This document shows, in pieces, positions 34,401 to 48,180 of a stretch of DNA of 64,000 nucleotides. Positions within the stretch are counted from its first letter, which is position 1, and each line of letters opens with the position of its first letter. The stretch comes from Geosiphon pyriformis uo1 (taxonomy: Eukaryota; Fungi; Glomeromycota): the NCBI GenBank assembly GCA_016748015.1, contig JAAOMT010000639.1, positions 124,844 through 188,843 on the forward strand, in the 5' to 3' direction. A program made the position numbers and the translations under genes. Below the pieces are notes generated by a model. It was not told the DNA's origin. It worked only from the letters and a program-made list of their open reading frames with translations, and did no database searches.

Positions 34401-37400
34401 CTTTTGCAAGATGATTTTGAATTACTTGGTGGTAAAAGATGAATTGGTGGTTGAGTCTAATAAAGTGAAGCTTAAGATAAATAAAATTATGGAAGGGTAG
34501 ACAAAAAAACAGTCAGTGCTTCCAAAGATGTCCAACTTTTAGGCTCATTAATACATGTTCTTAAACTATGTTGATAATAATGTCTTTTCTGGTGTGATGA
34601 AAAAGATTGATATAAAGAAGCTGTTTTTGGTTGTTAATAATTTACTAAATAATAAGGCTGCTGAATTGTCAAGAATACTTAATAAACTTTAAAAAAATTA
34701 TGATAGAGAGGTGCTGGTTTGTTTTTTAAGACTATTAAATTTGTGTTTGACTTTGGATATAATTTTGATTTCTTAGAAGAGAGTGTGGGTTTTGATAATC
34801 CCAAAATCTTATGAATGGAATAGCATTTTAATAAATACTAGGCCTATTACACTGATTAAGACTGCCTAGAAGATATTATCTAAGATTTTTTTTGATAAAA
34901 TTTCATTAGTGTACAGCAAATTTGATGTTTTTTATGGTAATAACTTTTTAGTGTTAAAAAGTACTTTAACTCAGTCTCCTATTTTTGCCATTGGATTAGT
35001 CATTAAAGATGCTCTGAAGAAAAACAGATTGGTTGGTATTATAAGACATGCACAAAGCTTATGATTTAGTGGGCTGACATTATTTAAAAGTTAGTTTGTA
35101 TTGTATTAAGATATACAGCTAATTTATCAGGTTTTTTGGCAGTATTTATAAGAATTGTATCAATAAAGCTATAACAGATTTTGGACTCTCAAATGATTAT
35201 AGAGTACATGATGGCTTGAATTAGAGTGAGGTTTTTTCTCTACTTTTTTGGAGAATTTTCTATAATCTACTTTTGTGTAAAGTAAAGAGACATAAATATT
35301 TGTACAAATACCATATTAATACTAGATTTGTGGCAAAGACTAACAGAATTAAGGCTGTTGGAGAAAGAATTTTTTTTTTAGCAGCTGGTATCTTTGTCGA
35401 CAACATAATTTGGATTGGAAGTTGTCAAGCTTCTACACAATACATTTTTAATATTGTCAGTGAGTTTTTTGTTGTCAATAATATTTTTATTAATAATAAT
35501 AAGACAGTAGCTATTTTCATTAATCAAAGTATCAAGTTTGTATTACTGTTAATTAATAGTTTACTTATCTTAATTGTCAAAAAAAGTGAATTATACAGGT
35601 ACTTGGGTATTTTTTTATCCACTGAAGATTTTTCTAAACCTAGTTTGGCTTAGACTCATGTAAATGTTTGGTTTTTTTTAAATATGGTGTTAAAGAAAAC
35701 CATTACAGATAAACAATTTTCTTACTTGGTTTTGGCTGTTTTGCAGTCCATAGTTAGCTATTAAATACAATTTAGTTTTGTTTTGACAAGTGTGTATTAC
35801 AAATGGGATGTAATAGTTAGAAAGTGTCTTAAGATCAAGACTAGTTTGCTTTGTGACTTTTCCAATAAGACTTTACATCATCCATTTTTGTATGATTTAA
35901 AATCTTTTAAGCAAGTGCAATTTGAAAAGAAGTTGGCTTTATTGATTTCTTTTTTCAATGCTCACAGCATTTTTAGACATCTTTTTAAGCATAGATTTTT
36001 AAATTTGCAGATTTTGAGATGGTTTTTTTTGAATTCTTTACAGTTTTTTATCAAGTTGTATGTTAATTTAACAAATAATTTTTTGGCTGGTATGATAAAA
36101 ATCTTTTTGGAAAATAAGTTGTCTTTAATAAACAACTTGCCTACTGCTTTTTGCAAGCCAAGTAGGTTTCCAATGTTTGGTATCTTAGAGCAACTCTTGT
36201 ATTACAACTTTGTTCCTTTTTTAAAATAGTTTGGTATTGCATTTGGTGACAGATTTCTGGACAAAAAAGAGAATGTGATAGATTGGAAAACTTTTCAGTA
36301 ATGGAAAAAATTGAATCTGAAAGGCTCTGTGTTTTATTAATTTAGACTGATATCTGAGTTTATAAGAAAAAATGGTTTTTTTAAGATTAAATTTGCTGTT
36401 GTTTCTGGATTGTCTGTGCTAAATATCTTGAAATTCAAGAAGTTCTGTGATGTTTATGATTGTTTATTAAAGATTTGGTCTGATTGTATTAAGATTTACA
36501 CAGATGGGTCCTTAAAGAGTGCTGGTTCTGCTAAGGTAACAAGTGGGATGGCTGCTTATTTTCCAGCTGTTGATGTGGATGTTAAAATTAGAGTGCATAG
36601 ACTGTTGTCTTCTACTTTGGCTGAATTACAGACTGTTGTTTTGGCTTTGAAGTGTGTTTTATCTTCATGTGTTATAGTTTTGTATTTAAATAGTCAATTT
36701 GCAATTGATGCTTATGTGTCTGAAACTTCATTTGTGATACTTGATTTTTGCAATCAATGTTGGATAGAAAAATTGTATATAGTCAATTTTATTAAAGATA
36801 AAAACATTTCAGTTAAGTGGATGAAAGTTAAGAGACATTCAGGAATTTTAGGCAATATTAAGACTAATAAACTAGTTAACAAGACCATTTTTTCTTCTTT
36901 TTCTTTACATGTGGGAATTCAGAAACAGTTTTTGGTTGCTAAAAATACTGCTGTGTTTGGTAATGCTTATCATTTTGTTTGTAATCTGTACTGGTTAATT
37001 TGCTGTGCTTATTGAGAACCTGGTTCTGGTTTTGATGTTGTTTCAAGTGTTATGGTTAAAGAAATAGATTGAACTACTATTACAATGAGTTGGCATCCTA
37101 ACTTGTATATGCTTTCTGAGTTTACTAGTAGAAAATTGGCTAATTTGCATACATATATAATAAAAATAGTATACAGATAACTGTCAATAACAGTTAAGAA
37201 GAAGTTATATAACAGAAATTATCCTAGAATGTTGTGCTTGCTGTGTAACAAGATGAAATTGTCTGATTATGTTTTTACTTGTTTTGATAATATTGGTCTT
37301 TATAAAAACATTTTGGTTGAGACTGCTAAAAAATAGATATTGTTGGCAGGTTCTTTTTGTTTGTCTAATTCTGATATTTTGCACTTACTTTCAATATGTG

Positions 37401-37917
37401 TTTCAAATGTGATTTTGTACACTGCAATTTGCAAGAGCTTTGTGTTAAGAGATTGGTATATTAAAGCTGTTCTAATCTTTAAGGGGAAGAAAAAAACTGC
37501 TCTGACTCTGGTTGAATACATTCAGTTTGTAGTAGAATTGCATTGCATTAAAATGTGATTAATTAAATTCAAACATAGGATGAATATTGAAAAGACTGGT
37601 TTGGTTAAGAATGATGGTTTGATTGTGGACTTGTCTTACTGTATAATATTTATATTGTCAGATAGAATGGTTTGTATGCTTGGTATTATGGAATCTTTTG
37701 CTGTTAGTTTTGGCAAACATAAAATATGTTATTTTTTTTCTGGTTTAGATGCTGATGCTTTTATTAATATAGACATATAATGTTGTTTTAACTGGCCCAA
37801 ATAACTAGTCACATGTAGCAAATACATGAATTGTATTTAATTTAAACCATTTAGTTTGGTTTTATGTACTAGATAGCAGTTAGACTTTATTTATAAAATT
37901 TTATAATAATAAAAAAA
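31493..37917 (+). mobile_element. LINE L2, continuation: ORF1 to 33099; ORF2 33096-37780 (APE, RT, RNase H, CCHC); 3' UTR and A-tail
   Basis: Colinear with L1: ETKLK, GDFN, DTDH, RPITLIK, DMHKAYD, FVDN, IYTDGS, KVKRHSG, CLLCNK; many nonsense transitions. Confidence 0.92.
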
Positions 37918-39073
37918 TAGGTAATTAAAAATATTACATGTATTTAAAAAAATAATACTAAAGTTATTTTTTTTTTGTTTGTATTTGTTTAAATATTTTT
38001 AAGTTATACAATAATAAATAATAAATAATCTTATTTAAAAATTTTTTTGGCAATCTAATCTTTATTTTCAAGCTTTTTTTGATTAAAATATCTTATTTAA
38101 TATACATATTTTTGAAAACAAAATTGAATTAAGTTTTATAATTAACAATAAATTGCAATATAGCTAAAATTAAATAAAAAAACTGCTTATTTAAAATAGT
38201 TTTTTTTAAAACTATATTAGCAAAACTTAATATTTAAATATGTTTTAGCCAAACTAGATTTAAATAGATTATTTAATAACAAAAAAATATTCAAGTATTT
38301 ATAAGGTTTCTTTTTTTTTGTAATAAATATTAGTAAATTATTAATTATTAAATAAACATTTCTTATTTTCTAATTAATAAAAATAGTTATGGTTTTTTTA
38401 TTGTTAATAGAAATATTATTAATCATAAAAAATTTATTTATAATATTTAAAATATATTAAGTAGTAATCTAATTATTTTTTATTTAAATTGTATTATTAA
38501 CAAATATATTAATTTTTAAATATAAAGTTAATTCAGTTTGATTTTTAATTCTGTTAAACTTAATAGCAAATTTAGTATTAATTTAATAATATAAATTTTA
38601 TATTTTTTTATTTTATATAAAAAAAAATTATAAAAAATTCTTTAAAACAACAAAAAAAAAACTTTATTTTGATTTAAACTATTATATATTTAGTTTTTAT
38701 TTATTAATTTATAATTTATTATAATATAATTAATTCTATTATTATAAATGCTGCCAAAAAACTTTATAAATTTTTTATATATTTTTATTCTAATTAGACT
38801 ATTTTTTAAATAATATTAATTAACAAATTATAAGTTTTACACATATTTTACAAGACTAATTAGAGCTTATAATCTTTTTTTAATATATTTTTTATCAAAA
38901 TATTTTTTAAAATTAAAAAACTGATTTATATATTAAACAAAGATTTAAAAAATCTAAAAACATTTTTAATGTTTTTAAAGTTTATTAATGATATTAAACA
39001 AATTAGCAGTTTTTTTATTTAGTAAATTTTTAATTATATTTAATATTTTATTATATTTAATAATATTTATTAT
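37912..39073 (-). mobile_element. LINE L0, middle segment (RT region)
   Basis: The reverse complement continues exactly from 4670 (matching L2 near 35870-35985). TTTTTTGGCAGCATTTATAA (about 38745) matches L2 35132, and 39030 matches L2 34640. Confidence 0.75.
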
Positions 39074-39099
39074 TAAAAATTAAAACTTCTTTCTTTCCT

Positions 39100-41061
39100 T
39101 TGTCCCAAATTTCTGAAAAAGAGTCAAATTTTGAAAGAAGTTTTTTCTGTTTTTGCATACTGTCTTTCAATATTTCACAAGAATCAAACCCTTTTGTTGT
39201 TGGCCTGGCTGCCACTATAAGTAGTCATGATGCTAAGAAAAGGTCTGCCAGAGTTTCAACCACTAGTTCAGTTGGTGGTGGTTCAACTCAAAAAGTCAAA
39301 AAGCCTCTCAGTGGTATTAAACTTTCAGATACGGATAAGGATCTCAAAATTAGTAGACCTGTTAGTATAGACAGGCAACTTACTAGCATGGATACGGATG
39401 GAGAAGCCTTTGATGGAAAAATCACTTCTGACTCCCAAATGAATACACCCAATGTGAAGTGTTTCAATACTGGTGTGGCTATCAGTTCCCCTCTCAGCTC
39501 TATCAATTATGACATGGATGATGATGAAGAGGAAGTTTCTCTTCTTCTCCAGTTGTCTTTCTCTTTGGAAAAGATGTGAGTGGACCCCAAAATTGTTAAA
39601 ACTCAGGTAGAAGTGGCTGTGAAGAAATCTTTCACTTTGGATATCAATTTTTTGGCTGTGGAAAGGAAATCGGCAACGGCCAAGACTCATGCCATAAGGA
39701 AATTATTTTCAAGAATCAATGGTTTTGGGGGGGCCACTACCCCCTCAAAGTTTAAAGGGATCATCAGATCTACATTCACATCAGAGGAAAGCATGAGAAA
39801 AGCTGTATCATTGGCTGGAGAAAATGGGATTATTGTAAACACCGATCTTAAAAGACAAGGAGTGCGCTCAGATCGGGCTGTAGTGATAAAGAAAATTCCC
39901 ATGGATATGCCAAAAAAAATGATCGTCGCCGCAGTGTCTGAATTTGGTCAAGTGGTGTTGATCCAATTGCAACTCATTGGGCTGTAGCAAAAAGCTGTAG
40001 TGGAGTTTGCCAAATCGAGTTAGGCAGATCAGTTGGCAGCTAAGTGGTCATTTTTAATTGGGAAAGATTCAGTGCGCGTGGCTAAGACTGTGCAGAATCA
40101 TGAGACGTGGGTGTCTAAAGATCAGTATAAGGCACTTTTGTTTACTTTGCCAGTGGGAACAATGGCTCATGATCTTGGCAATTTTTTGGCAGGGGCTGGT
40201 GAGAAAACTTGTGTCATAAATCATTCTTTAGTCACTGGCAATAGGATTCGTTGTGCTGTGATTTGTTTTGAGAATAATGAGGATTTGGAGTCTGTGTTTC
40301 ATACAGAGCCTGTTTTTGGTGGGGTGAAACTTTTTTGGGCTAGATTGGATTTGGTTCGGTGTGAACAATGTAGGAAACTTGGTTATTCAGTTCTGGAGTG
40401 TGATGCTGAAGTCTCACATTCTCCTGAACTTTCCAAATCATTTAAAAAGATTGTCTCTGATAAAACCCGCTTCCAGTTGGCCAAGCTATATGCAAAAAAG
40501 AGTGTGCCTATTTCCAGACCAGCTGCATTCGGCAGCAAATTATGGGCCCAGGTTGTCTCCCTAGCGTCTTCATCTAATGGTCCTCACTTTGGTTCTGGTC
40601 CTAATTTTGGCTCTTCTTCTGGCGCCTCAGTTTTGGTTGGTAACTCATCTCTCGCGGGTCCTGTTGGTTCAATTTTGGAAACTCGTCTCGCTTCTTTGGA
40701 GCACTTTTTGGAATTTCTCATGGATAAGATATCCGGTATTATTGACAAACTTGACAGTTTAAGCTTGGTGCCCTCGGCTCTCGATTCCTCTTCTTAGCCC
40801 TTGGCTGCCCCTGGTTCAGTCAATATGAAACTTGGTTCAAATATTTTTTTGGATGAACTTAATTCTGTGGTTATTCCTCCTTCTTCGGTTTCCTCTGATA
40901 CCTCAAGTTTGGGTTCGAGTAGTTCAAAAGTTCTGACTTCAAAAGTGGGTTGCTTGGAATCAAAGTTGGTGGCTCTCGAAGCTTCGGTTAGTTCGGTATT
41001 GGAGAAGTTAGATCAGATGTGTGCTGGCTCGGGTTCTGCGGTCTTTTTTGCAACCCGATGA
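39100..41061 (+). pseudogene. L1 ORF1 (RRM-like region, CCHC-like knuckle, coiled-coil tail); exact start uncertain
   Basis: Four ORF pieces in one frame; VVIKKIPMD..FGQVV..AVVEF; CEQCRKLGYSVLEC; LETRLASLE and LESKLVALE heptads. Confidence 0.85.
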
Positions 41062-44000
41062 ATGATTTAGTATGGAAAATAGCCACATGTAATGTCAGAG
41101 GAATGAACAATTCAGCTAAACAAGAGGATATTATATGTTGGCACAAGAATATGAACAATTTAGTTTCAATTGTCACTGAGACAAAGTTAAAAGATAAGGT
41201 ACAGCCTTGGATTGCTAGCAAGTTCGATGGTGTTTGGGTCTTCATTTCTGGTTTGAATTCTGGTCATCTTGGTTCTGGTGTGGCAATCATTATAAACAAT
41301 TCTCTGGCCAAGCACGTGTGCAAAGTTTCTAAGGTCCCTGGTCGCCTTATTTCTGTCAAGTTGCTTTTTAGGAATAAATTCTCAGTTTCTTTTTTGGGTC
41401 TGTATGCTGGCGCGTCGGCTTTGGTGTGCTTCTCTCAGGCCAATGACGTGAATACTATGATTGCTAGTGCTGTGAATGAATCATCCTTTGTGGTCTTAGG
41501 TGGTGACTTCAATGAAGATAGTTTGCATAGAAGCGCCAGTTTCAGGAAGTGTGGTAGCTTGGGTCTGGTCAACTCTCTTGTCTGCAGTCTATTTGTAAAA
41601 GTCCCAACTTGGAGTAACTCCTGGGGTGTGACAAAGACAATTGATTATCTTTTCATATCTCCCAATTTGGTCAATGCTATTGTGGATCATGATGTTTTGG
41701 ATGTGTCTGACTTCTTTGATACTGACCATCAAGCTGTTTCTGCGTCAATTGGTTTAGGTGGTCTCTTAGATACACGTTTGTGTTCTGTTCGCAAGCAGGC
41801 CAATAGGGATTGTTGGAAGTACGATTTTAAGGATACTAGTGTTGCCTTGTGGTTGAGATTCAGGGAGGCCACAGCAGTGAATGCTGCCATGTTCTCTGCT
41901 GATTTCTTGGCTGCCAGGGATCTATTGGATTTGGATGCGATGTGGAATGCTGTTCAAAAAACTATGTGCTTCTCAGTGAGTGAAGTTTTCAGGAAAAAAT
42001 GGTTTAAAGGTTATAATGGCGTTTTCACTAAGCATTCATTCAGGTTCCATAAGCTAGAACTTTTAGTGTTCAAGTTGGTCAAAGCTTCCTGTTCTGTTGA
42101 TTGTGATGTGTTTGTATCGCTACTTGATACTTGAGAAGTGCTTGATTCTGCTGGTGCTGCTGTGGTAAGGTCTCTTTTTCTCTCGAAGTCTTTTTTTGAC
42201 AACATTTGTTCAGCTCTGTCCAAAACCAGGAAGTTTTATCGTGCCTCAAAGTTGTTGGAATCAAAATGTGCTGAAGAGTCACAAATCAGATCTGCTGTTG
42301 ATAAAAGGATGGAGAGCTTTGAATCTAACAAGGGTCACACTATTAGAAGCATCTTGGAGAGGCCTTTTCGCAAGGTGGTTTTGGATTATTTGGTGGTTGG
42401 TGATGAGCTGTATTTGGATCCTGATCATGTTAAAGAGAAAGTGGATGAGATTATGGAGGGGTGGACTCGTAAACATGATGTGGCTCTTAATGTTTCTGGG
42501 AATTGGTCTAACCAATATTGGCCTTTGGATTACGTATTTGATGGCACTTTTTTAAATGTAATGAGCTGTGTTAGTTTTGATGAGATGTCTGGTGTGGTCT
42601 CTGTCCTACCTAACGGAAAGGCTGCTGGTCTCTCAGGCATCTCCAATGAACTTTGGAAGCACTGTGATAAATCTGTTCTTGATATGCTCTTGGTGCTTAT
42701 TAATTCTTGTCTTCATGGTGAGTCTGTGTCTGGTGCTTAGAAGGAAGCCTGGGTGTTGATGATTCCCAAACCTTATGAATGGGAGGGTGTGCTCACAAAC
42801 ACTTGTCCTATTGCTCTGATTGAGACAGCTTGAAAAATTCTTTCCAAAATTCTCTCTGATAGGATCTCTTTGGCATGTAGCAAGTTTGATATTCTTCGTG
42901 GGGACAATTTTTCCATTCTCAAAGGCATTACAACTCAGTCTCCCATTTTTGCAATTGGTTCGGTGATTGAAGATGCTCTTGAAAAAAACCAGGAGCTCTG
43001 GCTGGTTTTACAAGACATGTGAAAAGCATATGACTTGGTCAGTTGGGATCATCTTAAAAAAAGTTTGGTTAGGATAAAAATGTGCTGCTGGTTTATAAGT
43101 TTTTTTGGAAATATTCATGGTGGTCAAACAAACTGGGTTATGACTGATTTTGGGTTGATGAATGGTTATCATGTACACAATGGCTTGGACCAAGGGGAGG
43201 TATTTTCACCTCTTCTTTGGTGTATATTTTATGATCCTCTTTTGTGCAAAGTTAAGAGGCAGGAGAGTGTATGTGGTTACAGGTTAAATTCTCATTTTGT
43301 TGCTAAGACGGGCCGTGTAGAGTCCCAGGCTGGTTTGTCGTCTTTCTTTGCTGCTGGCGCTTTTGTGAACAATATGATCTGGATGGATAGCAGTCAGACT
43401 GCCACTCAACACATTCTTGATGTGGCTAGTGAGTTTTTCCATATCAATGATATTTCAATTAATAATAATAAGACAATGGCTATTCCAATTAATAGCTGTG
43501 CCAGTGCACCTTCTCTTTTCATCAGTGGATCCCCTATTTCTATAGCTAAATCAAGCAAATCTCATCATTATCTGAGTATCTTCGTGTCTTCTGAGGGACT
43601 GTCAAAGCCCAGCCTGGCAAAAGCCCATTCAGATGTTTGTTTTTTTATCAACTTGGTTCTAAGAAAAGCCGTATTGGACAAACAATTTCTTTATTTGGTG
43701 TCAGCTGTTCTCCACTCCATCATTGGTTATAGAACTCAGTTTAGTTTTGTTTCTGTCAGTGTGTGTAATAAGTGGGATGCTATGATTCATAGGGGCTTGA
43801 AATCCAAGTCTGGATTGTCTCTTGATTTTCCTAATGACATGATCTATCACCCTTTATTCTATGGGTTGAAATCTTTTGTCTAGATTCAATCAGAGAGTAA
43901 AGTCACTTCCCTTATTTGTTTTGCAAACTCAGTGGGAATTCTGGGTTGCCTGTTCTCCCACAGGTCTCATGACTTACAGGTTTTGAGCTGGCGCCCTATT

Positions 44001-45724
44001 CATCCTTTGAGTGTTTCTGTTCATGTACAAGTCAGCCCTTTGAGTAATTTCTTAGCAGGTGCTGTTTGTGTTCTCCTCGATTGCAACTTATCTTTGAGTG
44101 GGTCTTTTGGTAGTCCATTTCGGCTTTGTGGTGGGATACCCATGTCTACTATTCTTAGTGAGTCTAAATTTGTCAAGTTCCTTCCTTCACTCCGACGATA
44201 TGACATCACCTTTGTTGACCAACTCCATGATTGTTATGGAGCTGTGTTTGACTGGTACAAATTCAAGCAGTAGAAGAGATTGGATCTCCGTAGCCCAACT
44301 CCTGAGTGGTTCACACTTTCTGTCAAGTTCCTGTCTAATACGTCTTCTCCTCGTGTCACTTCTCCTGCTTTGACTGGTGTGGGTCTTCAGAGTATTCTCG
44401 CCTCTCCTGGCTTTGTGTTGGTTCATGATCAGCTTTCCCAAGTCCTTCCTAGTAGCATTTCTGTTTATACAGATGGGTCTCTAACAAACCTTGGTACCAA
44501 GAATTGCACAGCTGGGACTGGTGTTTTTTTCAGTGACATTGATCTGGGTTTGGGCGTTGGAGTTTTGGGTCTACTGTCTTCTACATTGGTGGAAATGCAG
44601 GCCATTGTGCTGGCACTGGAGTGTGTCCCCCATTCTAGTTGTGTTTATCTGTTCTCTAACAGTCAAGCTGCTTTGGATGCCTACAAGTCGGAATTGGGTC
44701 TAGTGCATCCGAATTTTTGCAACTGTTGTTGGGTTGAACGCCTGCATATTGTAAACATTATTTGTGGCAAAAACTTAATGGTTAAATGGCACAAAGTGAA
44801 AGGCCACTCTGGTGTGATTGGAAATGAATGTGCTAATGCTATAGCTGGTGTTTCTTCTCACTCGGGCTGGTTCCTTCCTTGTTGGCGGATGGTGGGGCTG
44901 TTTCTGGCAATTTCAGGTATTTTGTTTGCGATATTTTTCGTTTTGTTAGTCATGTGCGCTGGGAGATTGGTTTTGGTTCTAAATTTCTGTCTGCCAGTTT
45001 GTTCACGGATGTAGATTGGTCCTGCTCCTCACTGGTATGGCATCCTGATTCACACATGGCTGCTGGCCACACTAGCAAGTCCACAGCAGATGTGTGCAGT
45101 TTTCTCATAAAGGCATTGCACCACCAGCTGCCTGTTGCTGTTCGTAAATGTTTGTATAACAGAAAATAGCCCAGCATATTGTGCTTATATTGTGGTGAAG
45201 TGGAGACATCAGATCATGTTTTCTCTTGCAAGGCTGATGTCTCTGCACGTCTTCAGATACTGGATACATGTTCAAAATCTTGGATGGTGCTTTCTGGCCT
45301 GTCTCACTCTTCTTCCTGCATGCTGCAATTGCTGTCTTCTTGTGCCTCTGATGTTTCTGTGTTTACGGTTCTCTCTAAAGAGTTTGTTTTTATTAAGTGG
45401 CTTCATGAAGCTATCTCTGTTTTCAAATATCACAAGGCTGCTGGTTCAACTATTGTTGAGTTCATGCGTTCCCTTAGTTTTGCTTTTAGGAATAATATTT
45501 GGTTGGTTAGGGTTAAGCATTGTGTGTTTATGGAGAGAAATAATCTCATCCCACTTGACAGTTTGGTTCCCATCTTGGTCCCTGGCTCGGCTTCTAGGTT
45601 CTCAGCTGGCGTTGTTAGGCTACTTGGTGTGGCTGAGGCTTTTGGTGTTCATTTTGGCTTTTGTAAACAATGTTCTTTCTTTTCTGGTGTCAGTGATTCT
45701 GTTTCGGTATGTATAGCTGTGTAG
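41058..45724 (+). pseudogene. L1 ORF2: APE endonuclease, RT, RNase H, C-terminal CCHC
   Basis: TCNVRG, TETK, GDFN, IDY, TDH; KAAG.SG, PIALIE, QDM.KAYD, GLDQGEVFSPLL, FVNN (decayed FVDD); VYTDGS, KVKGHSG; CLYCGEVETSDHVFSC; frameshift near 44880. Confidence 0.93.
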
Positions 45725-45861
45725 TGTTGTCCTGATTGGCCTGAGTAGCTGGTCACGTGTAGAAAAAGCATAATTCACACTTAGTTTATGTCATTTCTTT
45801 GATGTATAGCTTTAGGTAGTGTTTGGATCTCACTCATAAAATGTAATAAAAAAAAAAATAA

Positions 45862-47330
45862 TAATAATATTTATTATATCTAAAAAGCATTATTATTAAT
45901 ATAAATAAAAAATAAATATTATAAATATTATAAACCAAAAACATTATTTAAAACCATTTTTTTTATTTAATTTTTTATTATTATATATATTTTAAACTTA
46001 ATTTTATTAAAAACCAGAATTAAATTTTTTTAACAACCAAGTAATTAAAGATTACTTTATAAAATAGATGCTTTAATATATTTTTAATAATATAATCTTT
46101 ATTAACAACAAAATTTTTTATTTATTTTGTAATAACAAATTTAATTTTTAACTTTTTAGTTCTTTGCAATTTAGTAAGCTTAGATACATAATAAAATTTT
46201 TTATCTTAAATATAATAAACTTAATATTATTAAAACTTGTATCTAAATTTATTAAAATTCGAATATTTAAAGCTTTATTACTGTTGATAAACATCCAAAA
46301 ATTTATTAAAAAAACAAATTTGTTATTAAGCTTTATTTTTAAAGATTTGAAAATTTTCAAACCCAAAATTTTCAACTTATAAAATCTTGAAAAATTTTTA
46401 GTAAAAACATTATTGAACTTTTTAAACCAAGTGTTAACAAATAATTTTTTAAATAATATTTTATATTGTATTTTAATTTAATAATTTTTTTAAAACACAA
46501 AACTTATTAAAATATAATAATTAATATAGTATTTTTAAAACAAATCTACTTAAAATCATCAGTATTTTTAATATTAAACTTTTATCAGTTTTTGTTAACT
46601 TGTTTTTTAAGATTGTTTAATTGTATATTTAGTAAACTATTTAAATTTATTAAAACAAAAATTACTTAATAATTAGTATTAAAATACTTTTTAATATTTT
46701 AAATATAATAATCAACTATAATATTAATAAAATTTGTAAAGACCAATATATAATTAATTGTTTTTTAACTTTTTTGGAAATTTTTTATATAGATATCTTA
46801 ACAATTAAACTTTTTATTAAAGAATTAACAAAACCTAAATTAAAAATTTTTTGAAATTAACATTTTTTTGAAACCTATTTTTATTGAAATCATTTTTTAA
46901 AACTATAAACAAAAATTTATTTACAGTTTTAGCAATTAGTAAATTGATTTTTTTAGTTTAAATTAAATATATAACCAAAACAGCACTAACATAAAACTTC
47001 AAAATAATAATTAAAAACTTATTTTTAAAAAACAACTTAATTAATAAAAATTAATTAACAATTTTAAAAATTTTATATGTTTAGTTAAATAATTGTTTAT
47101 AATAATTATAATATTAAAATCTATATAATCAAATTTTAAACCAAAAATATAGACTTAAATACTATTAAATTTATTCTTAATTTAAGAACAAACTTTACTT
47201 TTTAGTTTTGTCTTAATAACAATAGAAATTAAATTGTTTATATTCTTATATTATTTAATAATATTTTTTTGCTTTACAAAATTGTTTATTTTTCTTATAT
47301 TATATATAACAATATTTCAAATAAAACTAG
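45862..47330 (-). mobile_element. LINE L0, ORF2 N-terminal segment; cut by E4 at the very start of ORF2
   Basis: 46010-46080 reverse-complements to L2 near 34390-34450; 47270-47330 reverse-complements to the ORF2 start of L1 (41064-41120). Confidence 0.72.
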
Positions 47331-48167
47331 TGTTACAAGTAATTATTTGGGGTCTCAAATCAAATAACAAACCCATAACTTGGTGCTTGGCTAATATTCT
47401 GGTGTTGATATCTGAAGGTTTTGTTGGAGAGTTTTTTATATAATAAACAGAAATTTAATTGATGATTTTATTCATAGCTTTCCGAAACCACAGTTTCATT
47501 AAATTTTTTTTTTAGTGTAATGGTCAGTAATTCTCCTGATAAGCTATTTCTAAATCTATAAGTGTTCTACTCTTGTTTCACAGGTCTTTTATCAGTCCCT
47601 ATGATGTCTGTATCTTAGCACTTAATTCTTAATCAATTTAGTAAAACCAAAGAAATAACAAAATAAAATAAAATAAAATAAAAAAATATAAAGAAATGAG
47701 TCAAAGCAATTACAAGTTAGTATCCTATCAATAGCCATGATCAAAAGCTATTGTTCCAGTATAGTTAAGTATCAATTACTATTAACATGAAATGCTGATA
47801 GTAAAAAATAAATTTAAGATAGAGAATAATTATTTATTGATATTTGTGAGTTGGAAGGTTGCTTAGATCAATTCTAAACTAAGAGATCTCTAACTAAAAG
47901 ATTCTGTCTTTTTTCCTTCTAATACTACTGCTATATATACATGATTGAGATTCCTCAATTTCTCAATTCCTTATACCAGAAATCCTAGAATTCCTTTTGA
48001 GAGAAATCCTGGAATTCTGGAATCTTGCGATTCCTTGTCCAAGAATTCTAAAATTCCTGGAATCCTGCAATTCCTCTAAGAGAAATCCTGGAATTTCACA
48101 TTTACTATGGTTATTTCTGATTGGCTAATTTATGCTAATATATACTTCCTATATTCTATAAGTAACA
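47331..48167 (-). repeat. E4 3' LTR (837 bp) with a GGAATTCCAGGATTC-type U3 array
   Basis: TGTTACA...GTAACA; the R/U5 part is homologous to the E1 LTR. Confidence 0.92.
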
Positions 48168-48180
48168 TTATTTCCTCTTT

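Larger units (their letters stand above)
39074..45861 (+). mobile_element. LINE L1, full length and least decayed, inserted in L0
   Basis: ORF1 and ORF2, 3' UTR, AATAAA and A-tail; probable 16-bp TSD TAATAATATTTATTAT (39058-39073 and 45862-45877); L0 is colinear across it. Confidence 0.95.

Noticed and set aside
46148-46382. Small ORFs in AT-rich DNA (also 2914-3117, 4301-4510, 47234-47443)
   Set aside because: Chance I/K/F/N-rich frames within the decayed LINE L0.
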